From contig JAHHIK010000001.1 in the NCBI GenBank assembly GCA_019358935.1, forward strand, positions 96,001 through 160,000: 64,000 nt of DNA. Reading direction: 5' to 3'. The notes under the pieces were generated by a model that did no database searches, was not told the origin of the DNA, and saw nothing but the letters and a program-made list of their open reading frames with translations. The translations under genes and the position numbers were made by a program. This DNA comes from Tolypothrix carrinoi HA7290-LM1 (GTDB lineage Bacteria > Cyanobacteriota > Cyanobacteriia > Cyanobacteriales > Nostocaceae). Numbering within the stretch: the stretch's first letter is position 1; each line of letters opens with the position of its first letter. Shown here in pieces: positions 21,841 to 32,794 of the stretch.

Positions 21841-23052
21841 ATGCATAGTCCAATTAAAATTATTCCAACATCAAAATTGAAACGAGAAGCAACAGAAATT
21901 GCCCAAAGATTACCTCTCTCTTTTCATGGTGCAAAAGTAATTTTAGGTAATAGTATTGAATCAGAAAGATTAGTGATACCTTTAGTACCTAGTGCTAGAG
22001 AAATGTTTGCGCCGCGTGGTGCATGTTTGCTATCTGAAACTGGTTCTTTGTGGGTGTCAGATACGGGACATCATCGCTTATTAGGATGGCGAAATTTACC
22101 CACTACAGACAATCAACCTGCTGATTGGGTAATTGGACAACCTGACTTTAATCATGAGGGACAAAATGCTAAAACTACACCAGGAAGGGCAACTTTAAGT
22201 GTCCCAACTGGGATTTGTGCTTGTGGGGAAGGTTTAGCAGTAGCGGATGCTTGGAATCACCGCGTTTTAATTTGGAAAAAGTTACCGGAAGATAACAATG
22301 TTCCCGCAGATTTGGTGTTAGGTCAAGCTAATTTTATTGACAACGAACCGAATCGGGGAAAGCAAGAAGCCGCAGCAAATACTTTAAACTGGTGTTATGG
22401 TGTTTGCTATTATCAAGGACGGTTATTTGTTGCTGATACGGGGAATCGTCGGGTTTTAATTTGGGATGAATTACCGTCAGAAAATGGTCAACCAGCGGAT
22501 TTAGTGTTGGGACAACCAGACATGCGATCGCGTAACGAAAATGGTGGTGCTAGTCCCTCAGCATCGAGTATACGTTGGTGTCATGATATCACCATTTGGG
22601 GAGATAATTTAGTTATCACTGATGCGGGTAATAACCGCGTAATGATTTGGCAAGGAATACCAACAGAAAATAATACTCCTTGTGCGGTGGTGTTAGGACA
22701 AAAAAGCTTTGATTTAGTCGAAATAAATCAGGGTGTTTATTTTCCTAATGCTAGTAGTTTAAGTATGCCTTATGGTGTGGCAGCTTGTGATGATTGGTTG
22801 TTAGTTGCGGATACTGCTAATTCTCGGTTGTTGGGATGGAAAATGCCAGAATCAATTATATCTTTGCAAGGTGCTGTTGCTGATGCGATAGCTGGACAAA
22901 TAGATTTTCAAAGTAAAGGTGAAAATCGCGATTTTGCATTGCCAAAACGAGATAGTTTAAATTGGTGTTATGGAATAAAAGTATGTGGCAATACTGCGGT
23001 AATAGCTGATTCGGGAAATAATAGAATTTTAATTTGGGAAATGGAAGTATAG
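21841..23052 (+). CDS. NHL-repeat protein
   Basis: Repeated L.V.D.GN.RVLIW..P....ADLVLGQ blades. Confidence 0.92.
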   Translation: MHSPIKIIPTSKLKREATEIAQRLPLSFHGAKVILGNSIESERLVIPLVPSAREMFAPRGACLLSETGSLWVSDTGHHRLLGWRNLPTTDNQPADWVIGQPDFNHEGQNAKTTPGRATLSVPTGICACGEGLAVADAWNHRVLIWKKLPEDNNVPADLVLGQANFIDNEPNRGKQEAAANTLNWCYGVCYYQGRLFVADTGNRRVLIWDELPSENGQPADLVLGQPDMRSRNENGGASPSASSIRWCHDITIWGDNLVITDAGNNRVMIWQGIPTENNTPCAVVLGQKSFDLVEINQGVYFPNASSLSMPYGVAACDDWLLVADTANSRLLGWKMPESIISLQGAVADAIAGQIDFQSKGENRDFALPKRDSLNWCYGIKVCGNTAVIADSGNNRILIWEMEV

Positions 23053-23123
23053 ATATTATCTCACGCATTCGGCGAAGCCGTTCCCGAAGGGTAGGCGCAG
23101 AGACGCAAAGAAGAAAAAGATTT

Positions 23124-25526
23124 ATGTCTATTGAGGAAATTAGGGTTTATGGCACTGTTCAAGGGGTAGGATTTCGACCTACTGTGTATCGTTTGGCGAA
23201 AGCTTGTGGGTTACGCGGGGAAGTTTTTAATGATGGTCAAGGTGTGTTAATTAGGGTATTTGGTAGTGATGAATCTATAACAGAATTTGTTCAAAGATTG
23301 CAGGAAGAATGTCCACCTTTAGCAAGAATTAGTCAACTGACACGAACTCCTTATCAGGGTGAATTTAGCTTTAATGATTTTGTCATTTCTACTAGTGTTA
23401 GTAACGCGGTAAAAACAGAAGTTACTCCTGATGCTGCTACTTGTCCGCAATGTCAATCAGAAATTTTTAATCCCCTTAGCCGTTGGTATCGCTACCCCTT
23501 TACTAACTGTACTCATTGCGGTCCGCGCCTAAGTATTATTCGCGCCATTCCTTACGACCGAAATAATACCAGCATGGCTGCTTTTGCCATGTGTCCAGAA
23601 TGTGCGAAGGAATACAACGATGTCGAAAACCGTCGATTTCACGCTCAACCAATTGCTTGCCATATCTGCGGTCCTAAAGTGACTTTAGAACGTGCAGATA
23701 ATAAGCCGATTACCGCTTTCATGTTCTCCATGCTGGATGATATTGATGCTGTTTGTACCTTGTTGCAAAAAGGCGAGATTGTGGCAATTAAGGGGTTAGG
23801 TGGTATTCATCTTGCTTGCGATGCGACGCAGGAAACAGCGGTGCAAAAATTGCGCGATCGCAAAAAACGTTACCATAAACCCTTTGCTTTAATGGCGCGA
23901 GACATAACGGTAATTGAAGAATATTGCACCCCCAGCGCCAAGGAAAAAGAATTATTAGAAAGTCCCGCAGCACCGATTGTTTTAATGCAAATAAAGGGAT
24001 TAGAAGACAGGGTGACAAGAGAAAAACTCTTAACTCCTAACTCCTCATTCCTAACTCCTAACTCTCTAGCACATTCTGTAGCACCTGGGCAAAATACTCT
24101 TGGTTTTATGCTACCTTATACGCCTTTACATCATCTAATTCTCAAACGAATGAATCGTCCGATTGTTTTAACAAGTGGCAATATTTCTGATGAACCGCAA
24201 TGTATTGATAATGAAGAAGCGCGGCAAAAGTTAGGGAAAATTGCAGATTATTTTCTTCTCCATAACCGCGAGATTGTTAACCGAGTAGATGATTCGGTGA
24301 TGCGGGTTGTCGGTGATAAAGTGCAAACAATTCGCCGCGCTAGAGGATACGCGCCAACACCGATTAATTTACCACCAGGATTTAACAACGTTCCTCATAT
24401 ATTAGCAATGGGTAGCGAGTTAAAAAATACCTTTTGTCTATTGCGAGATGGACAAGCAATTCTTTCTCAGCATTTAGGAGATTTAGAAAACGCTGCGGCT
24501 TTTAACGCTTATCAAAATACGCTAAATTTATACTTAAATCTATTTGAGCATAAACCAGAAATTATATCTCTAGATTTACATCCTGAATATCTTTCAACAA
24601 AACTAGGTAAAGAACTAGCAAACGCTAATCAAATAAAAGTTTATAACATCCAGCATCATCACGCCCATATTGCCGCTTGCATGGCAGAAAATAATATTCC
24701 TCTAGATAGCAATCCTGTTTTAGGAATCGCTTTAGACGGACTGGGTTATGGCGAAGATGGTACACTCTGGGGCGGAGAATTTTTGTTAGCAGATTATCGC
24801 CAATTTAAGCGACTGGCAACATTTAAACCAGTGGCAATGATTGGAGGCACACAAGCAATTTATCAGCCTTGGCGTAACACCTATGCCCACTTGATATCAA
24901 CCGATACTTGGGATAATTTAAAACAAAAATACGGCGAGTTAGAAATCTTACATTTTCTAGAAAATAAACCGCTGAAACTTCTCAATCAGCTAATCGAGAA
25001 ACAGATAAACTCTCCCCAAGCTTCATCAGTCGGGCGTTTATTTGATGCAGTTGCTGCTGCTATCGGTATTTGTCGCGAAGAATGTAGCTATGAAGGACAA
25101 GCAGCGATCGCAATGGAAGCCTTAGTCGATATCCATAGCTTAAATAATCATGAAGAAACGCAAATATATCCTTTTAAACTTGACATTTTAGATAGTATTT
25201 ATTGTATAGACCCATCTTCAATGTGGCAAGCCTTACTCCACGACTTGCAACAGCAGATTTATCAACCTGTCATAGCTACTAAATTTCACAAAAGTTTAGC
25301 TAACGCCATTGTAGAAATAGTCAAACATCTCCGTACAGAAAATGTAATAAATCAAGTCATTCTCACCGGAGGAGTATTTCAAAATAGTATTTTATTACAG
25401 CAAGTAACTAAACGCTTAGAAGCATTAGAAATAAAAGTACTAACTCACAGTTTACTACCCTCAAACGATGGCGGTTTCTCACTAGGACAAGCTGTTATTG
25501 CAGCCGCTAAATTAATAAATCCATAA
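23124..25526 (+). CDS. hypF: Carbamoyltransferase HypF
   Basis: G.VQGVGFRP, Zn fingers CPQC..NCTHCGPR, KGLGG.HL.CDA, QHHHAH and NDGG.SLGQ motifs. Confidence 0.97.
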   Translation: MSIEEIRVYGTVQGVGFRPTVYRLAKACGLRGEVFNDGQGVLIRVFGSDESITEFVQRLQEECPPLARISQLTRTPYQGEFSFNDFVISTSVSNAVKTEVTPDAATCPQCQSEIFNPLSRWYRYPFTNCTHCGPRLSIIRAIPYDRNNTSMAAFAMCPECAKEYNDVENRRFHAQPIACHICGPKVTLERADNKPITAFMFSMLDDIDAVCTLLQKGEIVAIKGLGGIHLACDATQETAVQKLRDRKKRYHKPFALMARDITVIEEYCTPSAKEKELLESPAAPIVLMQIKGLEDRVTREKLLTPNSSFLTPNSLAHSVAPGQNTLGFMLPYTPLHHLILKRMNRPIVLTSGNISDEPQCIDNEEARQKLGKIADYFLLHNREIVNRVDDSVMRVVGDKVQTIRRARGYAPTPINLPPGFNNVPHILAMGSELKNTFCLLRDGQAILSQHLGDLENAAAFNAYQNTLNLYLNLFEHKPEIISLDLHPEYLSTKLGKELANANQIKVYNIQHHHAHIAACMAENNIPLDSNPVLGIALDGLGYGEDGTLWGGEFLLADYRQFKRLATFKPVAMIGGTQAIYQPWRNTYAHLISTDTWDNLKQKYGELEILHFLENKPLKLLNQLIEKQINSPQASSVGRLFDAVAAAIGICREECSYEGQAAIAMEALVDIHSLNNHEETQIYPFKLDILDSIYCIDPSSMWQALLHDLQQQIYQPVIATKFHKSLANAIVEIVKHLRTENVINQVILTGGVFQNSILLQQVTKRLEALEIKVLTHSLLPSNDGGFSLGQAVIAAAKLINP

Positions 25527-25601
25527 GTCATATTTTAAATACTCTCTCTTTTCTTTCTCTGTGTTCTCTGTGCCTCTGCGGTTCGTTTAAGGACAATAAA
25601 A

Positions 25602-25850
25602 ATGTGTTTAGGAATTCCCGGTCAAATAATAGAAATAACCGACATAAATCAAAAACTAGCCCTTGTTAGCGTCGGTGGTGTAAAGCGTCAAGTTAATATT
25701 GCTTGCATCGTTAACGAACAGCATCCCGCCGAATCTTGTGTTGGAGATTGGGTATTGGTTCATGTTGGCTTTGCCATGAATCGAATTAACGAAAAAGAAG
25801 CGGCGGAAACATTAAAGTTATTGGACGAGTTAGCAGAAGCGATGGGTTAA
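25602..25850 (+). CDS. hypC: HypC
   Basis: MCLGIPG, GDWVLVHVGFA. Confidence 0.97.
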   Translation: MCLGIPGQIIEITDINQKLALVSVGGVKRQVNIACIVNEQHPAESCVGDWVLVHVGFAMNRINEKEAAETLKLLDELAEAMG

Positions 25851-25930
25851 GAATAAGCGCTGTTAGCGGAGCTTTCCCGTAGGGTAGCGCTTACTACGAG
25901 CAAATTATTAATCTCAAATTAAAAGTTAAT

Positions 25931-27112
25931 ATGAAATACGTTGATGAATTTCGCGAACCACAAAAAGCTGAAGCATTACTCCAGGAAATTGAAAGATTAT
26001 GTCAAATACTAGGAAAGCCTATCAAATTAATGGAAGTATGCGGTGGTCATACCCATTCTATTTTTAAGTATGGCATTGAAGAAGTTTTGCCGGACACAAT
26101 AGAATTAATTCACGGTCCTGGTTGTCCGGTGTGTGTGATGCCAAAGGGGAGATTAGATGATGCGATCGCTATCTCCCAACATCCCAACGTCATTTTCACC
26201 ACCTTTGGGGATGCGATGCGGGTTCCCGGTTCCACAACCAGCTTACTGCAAGCCAAGGCACAAGGCGCAGATATCCGCATGGTTTACTCTCCCCTAGATA
26301 GCCTGCAAATCGCTAGAGAAAACCCCGACAAAGAAATCGTCTTTTTCGCCCTTGGTTTTGAAACAACTGCCCCCAGCACTGCTTTCACCATCCTGCAAGC
26401 AGCATCCGCAAAAATTCATAACTTCAGCATGTTTTCCAATCACGTTCTCGTGATTCCTGCCTTGGAAGCACTGCTAGATAATCCCGATTTACAACTCGAT
26501 GGATTTATCGGTCCCGGTCATGTGAGTATGGTAATTGGCACTAACCCTTATCAATTTATTTCTCAACAGTATCATAAGCCAATTGTTATTTCCGGATTTG
26601 AACCTTTAGATATTTTCCAATCAATTTGGATGCTATTACAGCAGCTAGTTGAAAATCGTTGTGAAGTTGAAAATCAATATAACCGAATCGTAGAAAAACA
26701 AGGAAATATTGTAGCGATAGAAGCTATCAACGAAGTTTTTACAGTACGAGAAAATTTTGATTGGCGTGGCTTGGGAGACATTCCCAACTCTGGCTTAAAA
26801 ATTCGGACAAAGTATGCCCAATTTGACGCTGAACTTAAATTTACCATTCCTAATCTTAAAGTTGCCGACCATAAAGCTTGTAAATGTGGGGAAATTCTCA
26901 AAGGAGTATTGAAGCCTTGGGAATGCAAAGTATTTGGTACAGCTTGCACCCCAGAAACACCAATTGGAACTTGTATGGTTTCTTCTGAAGGTGCTTGTGC
27001 AGCTTATTACAAATATGGTCGCCTTTCTAAAGTTGCTAATAAAAATATACCGGAAAAATCACAGGTAACAATATCTCAAGAACCTCTCCCCGCTTGCGGT
27101 AATTCTCGATGA
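25931..27112 (+). CDS. hypD: HypD
   Basis: MEVCGGHTH, GPGCPVC, GFETTAP, CMVSSEGACAA. Confidence 0.98.
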   Translation: MKYVDEFREPQKAEALLQEIERLCQILGKPIKLMEVCGGHTHSIFKYGIEEVLPDTIELIHGPGCPVCVMPKGRLDDAIAISQHPNVIFTTFGDAMRVPGSTTSLLQAKAQGADIRMVYSPLDSLQIARENPDKEIVFFALGFETTAPSTAFTILQAASAKIHNFSMFSNHVLVIPALEALLDNPDLQLDGFIGPGHVSMVIGTNPYQFISQQYHKPIVISGFEPLDIFQSIWMLLQQLVENRCEVENQYNRIVEKQGNIVAIEAINEVFTVRENFDWRGLGDIPNSGLKIRTKYAQFDAELKFTIPNLKVADHKACKCGEILKGVLKPWECKVFGTACTPETPIGTCMVSSEGACAAYYKYGRLSKVANKNIPEKSQVTISQEPLPACGNSR

Positions 27113-27126
27113 AAGGATAAAGTTGT

Positions 27127-27342
27127 ATGCCATTTATCACAGTTCAAATTGCTAAAGGTCATTCTATTGAAAAAAAGCGCGAATTAGTTAAAGCCCTCAC
27201 TGATACACTCGTTGCTACTTTGGGTTCTAAGCCTGAGTGGATTACAATTCATATTGATGAATTTGAAAGGGAAAATTGGGCGGTGGGAGGTCAGTTACAT
27301 TCTGATAAGCATAGTGGCAGACATACAGAAAAAGACGTGTAA
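27127..27342 (+). CDS. 4-oxalocrotonate tautomerase family protein
   Basis: N-terminal (M)P, EKKRELV, NWAVGG; usual position after hypD. Confidence 0.9.
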   Translation: MPFITVQIAKGHSIEKKRELVKALTDTLVATLGSKPEWITIHIDEFERENWAVGGQLHSDKHSGRHTEKDV

Positions 27343-27433
27343 AGCTAGTCCATCGTAGGGTATGTTAGCGCGATTTGTAACCCACCTTAGGAAGGCTTAT
27401 TATTAAATAAGTCTATTAATTCAGTGGCAAACT

Positions 27434-28063
27434 ATGCTAAATGTTGCTCACCTAAACCTTTTCTGGATTGCAGCTATCGTCCTGATTATCACCCCAGGTC
27501 CAGATATGCTATATGTCATCGCCCGCAGTATAGGGCAAGGAAAGGTTGCTGGAATTGTCTCTGCTTTGGGGGTTTGTGTTGGTATCCTCGTGCATACCTT
27601 AGCAGCTGCTATTGGGCTTTCAGCCCTGTTGATGACTTCAGCCCTAGCCTACAACATCGTCAAATACGCTGGTGCTGCTTACCTAATATACTTGGGAATT
27701 CGTACTATTATAAGCCGTGAGGAGCAAGATACCTTAGCCAGTCTGCAGCGAATAAGTTTGACAACTACCTTTTCTCAAGGAGTGCTTTCAAATGTACTTA
27801 ATCCCAAAATTGCGCTTTTTTTTATAGCTTTCCTACCACAGTTCGTTGACACAACTCAAGGTGGAATTGCTTTGCAGATAGCCATTTTAGGACTAATCTT
27901 CGACGCAATGACTATGTTTTGTTTTGTATCAGTGGCTTTGTTATCTAGTTCTTTCGGAGACTGGTTACAGAATAACTCAAGTTGGAGACGTTTTCAGCGT
28001 TGGTTTACTGGTAGTGTTTTGGTTTGTTTGGGTGTACGTTTAGCGCTGCCAGAACAAAAATAA
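27434..28063 (+). CDS. LysE/RhtB family translocator
   Basis: TPGPD, KYAGAAYL.YLG, NPK.ALFF.AFLPQF. Confidence 0.93.
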   Translation: MLNVAHLNLFWIAAIVLIITPGPDMLYVIARSIGQGKVAGIVSALGVCVGILVHTLAAAIGLSALLMTSALAYNIVKYAGAAYLIYLGIRTIISREEQDTLASLQRISLTTTFSQGVLSNVLNPKIALFFIAFLPQFVDTTQGGIALQIAILGLIFDAMTMFCFVSVALLSSSFGDWLQNNSSWRRFQRWFTGSVLVCLGVRLALPEQK

Positions 28064-28109
28064 AATAGAAGTAAGGTGCGTTACATTATGCACCTTACTT
28101 CTATTTTAT

Positions 28110-28688
28110 ATGTCACAAACGTCAAGTATGAAAATACCAAGGACATACCGAATTAATAGTAAGCGCTGTATTCTTAGATGCGTCTGTGAGCAAGATATTT
28201 CACATGTATTCTCAGCTACACGCTTCCAAGGATTTAACGATGGGATGCTTTGGGAACCACCGCAATCAATCGAAGAACTTAACGAACCTTTTAAAAGAAG
28301 TCTTCAAGCTTGGGATTCTGGTTCAGCTTACACATTCACTATTGAATCTGCCAAAACTAGCGCATTTATTGGCAGAATTTCTATTAGAAAAGGCGAAACT
28401 GAAGGTGTTTGGAATCTTGGCTTCTGGACACACCCAGAATATCAACGTCAGGGTTACATGACAGAGGCTGCTAAAGTAATTATCGAGTTCGGTTTCACGG
28501 TTTTGGATGGCGATCGCATAGAAGCTTATCATGCTTTGTGGAATACGGGTAGTGAAAAAGTCTTAAAAAATGTGGGCATGAAGTTTGTTCGTTATATTCC
28601 GCAAGGCTTTCAGAAGCATGGTAAGTGGGTAGACGAGAATCTTTTGACAATTGAAAGAGAAGCTTTCCAAGCTTTAAAGGAAATTTAA
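28110..28688 (+). CDS. GNAT N-acetyltransferase (RimJ/RimL family)
   Basis: LGFW.HPEYQRQGYMTEA, N.GS.KVL.N.GM. Confidence 0.9.
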   Translation: MSQTSSMKIPRTYRINSKRCILRCVCEQDISHVFSATRFQGFNDGMLWEPPQSIEELNEPFKRSLQAWDSGSAYTFTIESAKTSAFIGRISIRKGETEGVWNLGFWTHPEYQRQGYMTEAAKVIIEFGFTVLDGDRIEAYHALWNTGSEKVLKNVGMKFVRYIPQGFQKHGKWVDENLLTIEREAFQALKEI

Positions 28689-28700
28689 ATCTTATTTAAT

Positions 28701-29792
28701 ATGAAACTTTCCCCCAATAGTTCAGCACAAAATCCCCTATTTCAAAAAGTCCCTCGCCGAGGTAAACTGCGAGATACTCATATTACTCTCGCGCATGGTA
28801 GCGGTGGTAAAGCAATGCGCGATTTAATTGATGATATCTTTATTAGTAATTTTGATAATCCAATTCTCTCGCAATTAGAAGACCAAGCAACCTTCAATTT
28901 AGCAAGTTTCACGCAACACGGAGATAGACTCGCTTTCACCACCGATTCTTATGTTGTAGACCCTTTATTTTTTCCTGGCGGTGATATAGGAGAATTAGCA
29001 ATTTATGGTACTATTAATGATTTAGCGGTGAGTGGTGCTAAACCTTTATATCTCACCTGTAGTGTAATTTTAGAAGAAGGATTACCTGTAGAAACATTAC
29101 GGCGTGTCGCTACAAGCATGAAAGCAGCCGCGCAGAAAACTGGTATACAAATTGTGACAGGTGACACAAAAGTTGTGCAGCGCGGTGCTGTAGATAAGTT
29201 GTTTATTAATACTGCTGGTATTGGCGTAATTCCGGCAGAAGTTGCTATTTCGGCACACAATATTCAACCGGGAGATGCGATAATTATTAATGGTGAATTG
29301 GGCAATCATGGCGCTGCTATTTTAATTGCCCGTGGAGAATTGGCATTAGATACTGATATTGAAAGTGACTGTCAGCCGTTACATGATTTAGTTGAAACTA
29401 TCCTTAATGTTTGTCCCGGAGTTCATGCAATGCGGGATGCAACACGCGGCGGTTTGGCTACAGTATTAAATGAATTTGCTGTTAGTTCAAATGTCGGAAT
29501 TCGCCTGGATGAAAAGTCTATCCCAGTACGTGAAGAAGTAAAAGGTGTGTGCGAAATTCTCGGTTTAGATCCGTTGTATTTGGCGAATGAAGGTAAGTTA
29601 GTTGTAGTGGTGAAAGGTGATAATGCTGACACTGTTTTATCAGCTATGAAGTCTCACCCAGCCGGAAAAGATGCTTGCATTATCGGTGAAGTTATTTCCT
29701 CACCTCCGGGAATTGTATTATTAAACACTATTTTTGGTGCTGAACGCATTGTTGATATGCTTGTGGGCGATCAGTTACCACGGATTTGTTAA
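28701..29792 (+). CDS. hypE: HypE
   Basis: HGSGG, FTTDSYVV.PLFFPGGDIG, RDATRGG and C-terminal PRIC. Confidence 0.98.
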   Translation: MKLSPNSSAQNPLFQKVPRRGKLRDTHITLAHGSGGKAMRDLIDDIFISNFDNPILSQLEDQATFNLASFTQHGDRLAFTTDSYVVDPLFFPGGDIGELAIYGTINDLAVSGAKPLYLTCSVILEEGLPVETLRRVATSMKAAAQKTGIQIVTGDTKVVQRGAVDKLFINTAGIGVIPAEVAISAHNIQPGDAIIINGELGNHGAAILIARGELALDTDIESDCQPLHDLVETILNVCPGVHAMRDATRGGLATVLNEFAVSSNVGIRLDEKSIPVREEVKGVCEILGLDPLYLANEGKLVVVVKGDNADTVLSAMKSHPAGKDACIIGEVISSPPGIVLLNTIFGAERIVDMLVGDQLPRIC

Positions 29793-30045
29793 GTTATGAT
29801 GATGATTTCATAGAATTTATTAAGTTTTTATATAGATATTTGTAGTCAATCGGACTTTTTCATCAAAAGGCTATTGATAGGATTTGTGATAGATAAGCAA
29901 TCAAAAGTTAGTTTTTTGGTGAATTAAGTAATTTTTTTATTAGTTATACAAGCTTAATTTCAGAAACGTACCGATTTTTTCGGGTGCGTTACTGCGTTAA
30001 CGCACCCTACATCTGATTTTAAAAAAGAGCGATCGCTTGAGTTTT

Positions 30046-30387
30046 ATGCACGAAATAGGAATTACTCAAAATGTCGTAGCAATTGTAGCTGAATACGCTA
30101 ATGGTGCAAAAGTGCGACGAGTCTTATTAGAAATTGGCAAGCTTTCAGCTATTATGCCTGATGCCGTATCTTTTTGTTTTGATGTCTGTTCTCAAAACAC
30201 AGTTTTAGAAGGGGCAATATTAGAGATATTGCAAATTCCCGGTTTAGCAAGATGTCGTCAATGTGGTGCAGAAATTTCTTTAGAAAAGCCCTTTGGTGTC
30301 TGTAATTGTGGAAGTAAGCAACTAGATTTAATAGCTGGCGAAGAATTAAAAATTAAGGAAATAGAGGTAGATGAAGTATGTGTGTAA
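30046..30387 (+). CDS. hypA: HypA
   Basis: MHE start, CRQCG..C.CGS, GEEL. Confidence 0.95.
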   Translation: MHEIGITQNVVAIVAEYANGAKVRRVLLEIGKLSAIMPDAVSFCFDVCSQNTVLEGAILEILQIPGLARCRQCGAEISLEKPFGVCNCGSKQLDLIAGEELKIKEIEVDEVCV

Positions 30388-31244
30388 CTTGCGGCTGTTC
30401 TGATGATGCTGAAGCTAAAGTTTCTAATTTGCAAACGGGTACAGTAATGACAATTCAGCCTCAAAGTGAAACTCACCACCATCATACTCATGTGTTACCT
30501 GATGGCAAGGTTGTCACCCATTCCCACAGTCACGATATTAACGAAGTATCTCAAATTCATGCCAAAATACATGGCAGAACTATATCATTAGAACATGAAA
30601 TTTTATCAAAAAATAATTTGATAGCTGCCCAAAATCGCGGCTGGTTTAAAGGTAGAAATATTCTCGCATTAAATTTAGTCAGTTCTCCGGGTTCGGGAAA
30701 AACAACTCTTTTAACTCGGACAATCAATGATTTAAAACAAAAGTTATCTCTTAGTGTGATTGAAGGCGATCAAGAAACTACTAATGATGCGGAAAAAATC
30801 AAAGATACAGGCTGCAAAGTCGTCCAAGTAAATACGGGAAGTGGCTGTCATTTGGATGCAGCAATGGTAGAACAAGGTTTGCAACAACTCAATCCACCTC
30901 TTGATTCAATAGTGATGATTGAAAATGTTGGCAATCTTGTTTGTCCGGCTTTATTTGATTTAGGAGAACAGGCAAAAGTTGTAATTTTATCGGTGACAGA
31001 AGGAGAAGATAAACCAATAAAATATCCCTATATGTTCCGCGCTAGTGAGATAATGATTTTAACAAAAATTGATTTGCTGCCTTATGTGAAGTTTGATGTG
31101 CAACGCTGCATAGAATACGCCAAGCAAGTCAATCCGCAAATTCAGATTTTTCAAGTTTCGGCACAGACTGGAATTGGTTTAGATAATTGGTATGAGTGGC
31201 TATCCCAAAAAGCAGTAAATTTATCTACATTAGTTTCTACTTAA
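30378..31244 (+). CDS. hypB: HypB
   Basis: MCVTCGC, His-rich segment, SSPGSGKTT, CHLDA, ENVGNLVCP. Confidence 0.97.
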   Translation: MCVTCGCSDDAEAKVSNLQTGTVMTIQPQSETHHHHTHVLPDGKVVTHSHSHDINEVSQIHAKIHGRTISLEHEILSKNNLIAAQNRGWFKGRNILALNLVSSPGSGKTTLLTRTINDLKQKLSLSVIEGDQETTNDAEKIKDTGCKVVQVNTGSGCHLDAAMVEQGLQQLNPPLDSIVMIENVGNLVCPALFDLGEQAKVVILSVTEGEDKPIKYPYMFRASEIMILTKIDLLPYVKFDVQRCIEYAKQVNPQIQIFQVSAQTGIGLDNWYEWLSQKAVNLSTLVST

Positions 31245-31263
31245 TTGCTGCAAATCGGGGTGT

Positions 31264-32421
31264 ATGTCACAGAAAAAAGCGGCTTTAAACTTCGTAATCT
31301 TACTCGGTATTGTCAGCCTTTGCGCTGATGCGACTTATGAAGGGGCGCGTAGCATTACGGGGGCTTATCTTGGGGTTTTGGGCGCTAGCGGTACTGTGGT
31401 GGGGCTGGTAGCGGGTTTAGGTGAGTTAATTGGTTATGGCTTTCGCTTAGTTATCGGTTATGTCAGCGACCAGACGCGAAAATACTGGGGAATCACTACA
31501 CTCGGTTATTTTATCAATACGGCAGTTGTACCGCTTTTAGCTTTTGCTGGACGCTGGGAAGTTGCTGCGGGGTTGATGATTGCCGAACGCACCGGCAAAG
31601 CGATTCGCACTCCTCCACGAGATGTGCTGCTTTCCCATGCTGCTAGTCAAGTCGGCAGGGGGTTTGGCTTTGGCTTGCATGAAGCGATGGATCAGATCGG
31701 TGCTGTGATGGGACCGTTGGCGGTGGCAGCGATGCTTTATTTGCAAAAAGGTTATCGAGGTGGCTTTGCAATTTTGATTGTGCCAGCAATACTAGGGTTA
31801 ATTGTGCTTTTGGTGGGACAACGGCTTTATCCAAATCCCCGCGATTTTGAAGTGGAGACACCAACACTCCAAGGTGAAGGATTGCCACGAGTCTTTTGGA
31901 TTTATCTTGCTGCTGTTGCACTGATTGCAGCCGGGTATGCAGATTTTCCCCTCATTGCCTATCACTTCCAGAATAAAGCGATCGCTACTAATCAAATCAT
32001 TCCTTTGCTTTATGCTGTAGCTATGGCTGTTGACGCTGTAGCCGCAATTATTTTTGGGCGTTTGTTTGACCGTAGTGGTATTTCTATCCTGACGATCGCA
32101 GTTTTTTTGTCGTTCATGTTTGCCCCCTTAGTGTTCTTAGGAAGCAGCAATTTTGCCTTCATGGGAATGATTTTGTGGGGTGTGGGAATGGGGGCACAAG
32201 AATCGATTATGAAAGCTGCTATTGCTGGGATGGTGCCAATGGATAAACGCGCTTCTGCTTATGGTATCTTTAGCGCTGGCTATGGCTTATCCTGGTTTTT
32301 TGGTAGCGCTTTAATGGGAATTTTGTACGATCGCTCAGTCATGTCGCTAGTTGTCTTTTCAGTCATCAGCCAACTTGCAGCAATTCCCATTTTTCTGCTG
32401 CTAAGAAGATACCGCGCATAA
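31264..32421 (+). CDS. MFS transporter
   Basis: Multiple TM segments; ER.GK.IR.PPRD and G.LFDR.G motifs. Confidence 0.9.
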   Translation: MSQKKAALNFVILLGIVSLCADATYEGARSITGAYLGVLGASGTVVGLVAGLGELIGYGFRLVIGYVSDQTRKYWGITTLGYFINTAVVPLLAFAGRWEVAAGLMIAERTGKAIRTPPRDVLLSHAASQVGRGFGFGLHEAMDQIGAVMGPLAVAAMLYLQKGYRGGFAILIVPAILGLIVLLVGQRLYPNPRDFEVETPTLQGEGLPRVFWIYLAAVALIAAGYADFPLIAYHFQNKAIATNQIIPLLYAVAMAVDAVAAIIFGRLFDRSGISILTIAVFLSFMFAPLVFLGSSNFAFMGMILWGVGMGAQESIMKAAIAGMVPMDKRASAYGIFSAGYGLSWFFGSALMGILYDRSVMSLVVFSVISQLAAIPIFLLLRRYRA

Positions 32422-32422
32422 G

Positions 32423-32794
32423 TTAAAGCCAATCTCGATAAGCTGAGATTTCGTTGACGCTAATTTCAAACGCACCCCCTTTGCCAAATGGGGGATAAAC
32501 GCGGATGTTAGCGTTACTAGAAAACCGTTCTAATCGATTGCCAAATTGAGGAATGTTGCTGACTATATGCCAGTAAGATACTATGTCAGGACTGTCAATT
32601 ACCAAGGTCAAACTATCGGCATTTGTAGTGATGTACCAGTGACAGTTAGAGAGTAATGTTCGGGTAATGCGATCGCACGCTTGATAAAAGCATCTGCCAG
32701 TAGATTGTTCTAACTCTTGATGCAGCATTCTATCAAGTTTCGTTACCTCTGTTGGTGGTAAATCATCCGCAGGTAATGAGGGTGGTTTACACAT
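32423..32794 (-). CDS. Conserved hypothetical protein (paralog of 14171..14539)
   Basis: See 14171..14539; overlaps the stop of the LLM gene. Confidence 0.75.
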   Translation of the reverse strand: MCKPPSLPADDLPPTEVTKLDRMLHQELEQSTGRCFYQACDRITRTLLSNCHWYITTNADSLTLVIDSPDIVSYWHIVSNIPQFGNRLERFSSNANIRVYPPFGKGGAFEISVNEISAYRDWL

